This document shows positions 54,987 through 56,912 of a stretch of DNA of 56,912 bases, piece after piece. The notes below the pieces were generated by a model, which was not told the DNA's origin, made no database searches, and saw nothing but the letters and a program-made list of their open reading frames with translations. A program made the position numbers and the translations under genes. The stretch comes from a virus (taxonomy: Duplodnaviria > Caudoviricetes), in the IMG/VR virus record IMGVR_UViG_3300030117_007306, positions 1 through 56,912 of that record; one strand, 5' to 3'. How positions within the stretch are numbered: position 1 is the stretch's first letter; each line of letters starts with the position of its first letter.

Positions 54987-55714
54987 AATATATACTCCTA
55001 TCCCTACTGTTTGTTACTACTGCTTTCGCGCAGTATCCTATAGAGTTGCCCAAAGAATATCCTTCTGTGAAAAAGTACAATGGTATCTTTATGCGAATTT
55101 CAAAACAAGAAAGTAACTTGTATATGCTACAGCTTTATGGAACTACTTTCGCCGAGAAAAAGGAAGACGTAGTAATTCTTTCTGATAAAGACTTTGCCGC
55201 TGCTGTTAAAGAGGTAGAGGTTAAAACTATTTACGAGCTAATAGCTACTGGGTCGAATATTACTCATGCTTCTATAGATGTTATAAAAGATCAAAAAGAG
55301 CTAAGGTATCTCAACTTATCTAAAAATAAAAACATAAGCGATGAAACTTGCCGAAAGATAGGAGAATACTTGCCTGAACTAGAAAGACTTAACTTGTATC
55401 AAACTGCTGTTACTGACAAAGGACTTGAGTATCTTTCTAATTTAAAGAACCTTCGCGCACTTCATTTATTTGGCTCTAAAGTCACTTTCAAAGCTGCTAG
55501 TGATTTTAGGAATTTAATGGCGCAAAACGGCAATGATGATTTAGAAATAACCATAGGCGGTAAACATCCTGCTTTAGGCAGTATTAAGTATAACGCCTTC
55601 TTAAAAGCTACCTACCAAAAAAATGCTGACTCAGGCAAGCTTAATCCAGATTTCAAAGTCGGCGTAGTTGGCGAAACCAAACCTAACAAAAAATACGAAG
55701 ACTCTGAAAAATAA
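54983..55714 (+). CDS. secreted leucine-rich repeat protein
   Basis: Signal peptide; LRYLNLS, LERLNLYQTAVTDKGL, LRALHLFGSKVT. Confidence 0.8.
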   Translation: MKYILLSLLFVTTAFAQYPIELPKEYPSVKKYNGIFMRISKQESNLYMLQLYGTTFAEKKEDVVILSDKDFAAAVKEVEVKTIYELIATGSNITHASIDVIKDQKELRYLNLSKNKNISDETCRKIGEYLPELERLNLYQTAVTDKGLEYLSNLKNLRALHLFGSKVTFKAASDFRNLMAQNGNDDLEITIGGKHPALGSIKYNAFLKATYQKNADSGKLNPDFKVGVVGETKPNKKYEDSEK

Positions 55715-55718
55715 AATT

Positions 55719-55961
55719 ATGAAATCATTCATTAACTTTGAGTACATGATTACTCCGGGGATCTTAAAGATTCTTTGTTACGTTGGGGCAGTCGTTACTG
55801 TCGTCATGGGAATTTTAGCTCTTTTTTCGGGAGCTTCCGATGCGGTGACAGCCGGAATTAGTCTGATGGTTTTGGGGCCAATAGCTTGCCGTATTTACAC
55901 AGAGCTATTGTTGGTCATCTTTGAAATTCACAAGACATTAAAAGAAATCCGAGATAAATAA
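55719..55961 (+). CDS. DUF4282-like membrane protein
   Basis: FINFEYMITPGILKIL...GPIACRIYTELLLVIFEI. Confidence 0.7.
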   Translation: MKSFINFEYMITPGILKILCYVGAVVTVVMGILALFSGASDAVTAGISLMVLGPIACRIYTELLLVIFEIHKTLKEIRDK

Positions 55962-55962
55962 T

Positions 55963-56217
55963 ATGGAAACAGAAATTAGTCCTATTCAGTTGGTGCTGGC
56001 GCTTCCTTCGCTAGTGTGCCTTATTATAATTATCAAAAATATGTTTGATAATGGAAGCTCAGGCTTAGGTATCGCCACAATAATTCTTACTCTTGTTTGC
56101 GGTATAGGTAGCTTAATTGCTTTTATTTGGGGGTGGATGAATGTGGGGGGCAAAGTTATGATCGCTTGGACAATCTTGACCATAGCTGGAATTATAGCTA
56201 GCGTAGGGGGTCTTTAG
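55963..56217 (+). CDS. small multi-TM membrane protein
   Basis: Three hydrophobic segments. Confidence 0.65.
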   Translation: METEISPIQLVLALPSLVCLIIIIKNMFDNGSSGLGIATIILTLVCGIGSLIAFIWGWMNVGGKVMIAWTILTIAGIIASVGGL

Positions 56218-56237
56218 TATATTTGGGTAACGTGGTC

Positions 56238-56278
56238 GCCCCGTCGTGAGTTGAACATCGCGGCGGGGCATTTTTTTA
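56238..56278 (+). terminator. terminator-like hairpin
   Basis: GCCCCGTCGTGA/TCGCGGCGGGGC followed by ATTTTTTT. Confidence 0.65.
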
Positions 56279-56377
56279 TGAATTTATTTACACAATTGGC
56301 GATAAATAGTTTTAAAAGTTTCTTTAAATTGCGTTTTATGGCTGAGAAGTGTAATTGTAAGGTGTGTAGGTCGAAAT

Positions 56378-56527
56378 ATGAAAGAGAAAAAACAAGCAGG
56401 AAAAGGAGATAAGCCAAGAAATTGTTTTTCTAGCGGGTATAAAGATAACTACGAAGCAATCAATTGGGGAGATAAAAAATGTGTCAGTGCTTCAAATGTA
56501 AAAAAGAATTCGCCGAAACACAATTAA
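56378..56527 (+). CDS. small phage protein (GKGDKPR motif; not in ORF track)
   Basis: AGKGDKPRN...YKDNYEAINW. Confidence 0.55.
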   Translation: MKEKKQAGKGDKPRNCFSSGYKDNYEAINWGDKKCVSASNVKKNSPKHN

Positions 56528-56659
56528 CATGGGTTATTATAAATAACTCCTTAAAATTAGTATGTGATGAATGCAAAAAAGAAAAAGAATTATGATATAC
56601 TTCCCGAGGATTGCGAGGATATTTATATGGTTTGGTTCTGGTGATGTGTAATTAAAAGT

Positions 56660-56912
56660 ATGGGAGAAATCCATACTTTAGCTATAAACGGCAATTTAAA
56701 AGGTATAAAGAAAGCTCTCTTTAATAAGAGGGCTTTTTTGGCGTTAGATGATGAACAGGGGTGGAGTCCTCTTCATTACGCTTCTCATTATAGTAAAGCG
56801 AAAATAGTTCAAGTTATGTTGGACGCGGGGGTTAGCCCTAATATAAAAAGCAGCCCGCCTCAAGGCAAAAAACAAAATGATTGGAATTTAGCTTTAGAAG
56901 AAAACGAAGAGA
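56660..56912 (+). CDS. ankyrin-repeat protein (runs off the window end)
   Basis: GWSPLHYASHYSKAKIVQVMLDAGVSPNIK; GTGTAATT 6 nt upstream. Confidence 0.8.
   Translation, partial: MGEIHTLAINGNLKGIKKALFNKRAFLALDDEQGWSPLHYASHYSKAKIVQVMLDAGVSPNIKSSPPQGKKQNDWNLALEENEE

Noticed and set aside
1-56912. Stop-codon reassignment; tRNA genes
   Set aside because: Genes are intact under the standard code with all three stop codons used; no cloverleaf recognised by eye

Overview
Fragment of a large dsDNA phage genome with no structural genes in view. Secreted-protein types, the class Ic-like RNR and the lack of Shine-Dalgarno motifs tentatively suggest a PVC/Verrucomicrobia-like host (inference). A minus-strand block (1-41.2 kb) carries rIIB/rIIA, a bacterial-type replication module (DnaE split into PHP, exonuclease and core genes; DnaG; DnaB; RecA; nucleases; an FtsZ/tubulin), a ~15 kb nucleotide-sugar/glycosyltransferase cluster, a sigma factor and dNMP kinase. 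After a structured non-coding divergence region, a plus-strand block carries dUTPase, Hsp20, RNR, PPase, a 2OG-Fe(II) oxygenase and small secreted/membrane proteins. The main finding is a family of dispersed intergenic hairpins whose symmetric internal loops read TTC(A/G)-N5-T(C/T)A on both sides, with variable 5-nt segments: 23 boxes (21 near-consensus, 2 divergent) at 7 sites, always co-oriented with transcription. Three of these sites flank a 366-aa gene with an IS110-type DEDD RuvC motif set. This is a candidate RNA-guided system related to IS110 bridge RNA / TIGR-Tas. All calls were made by eye from motifs; no searches were run.
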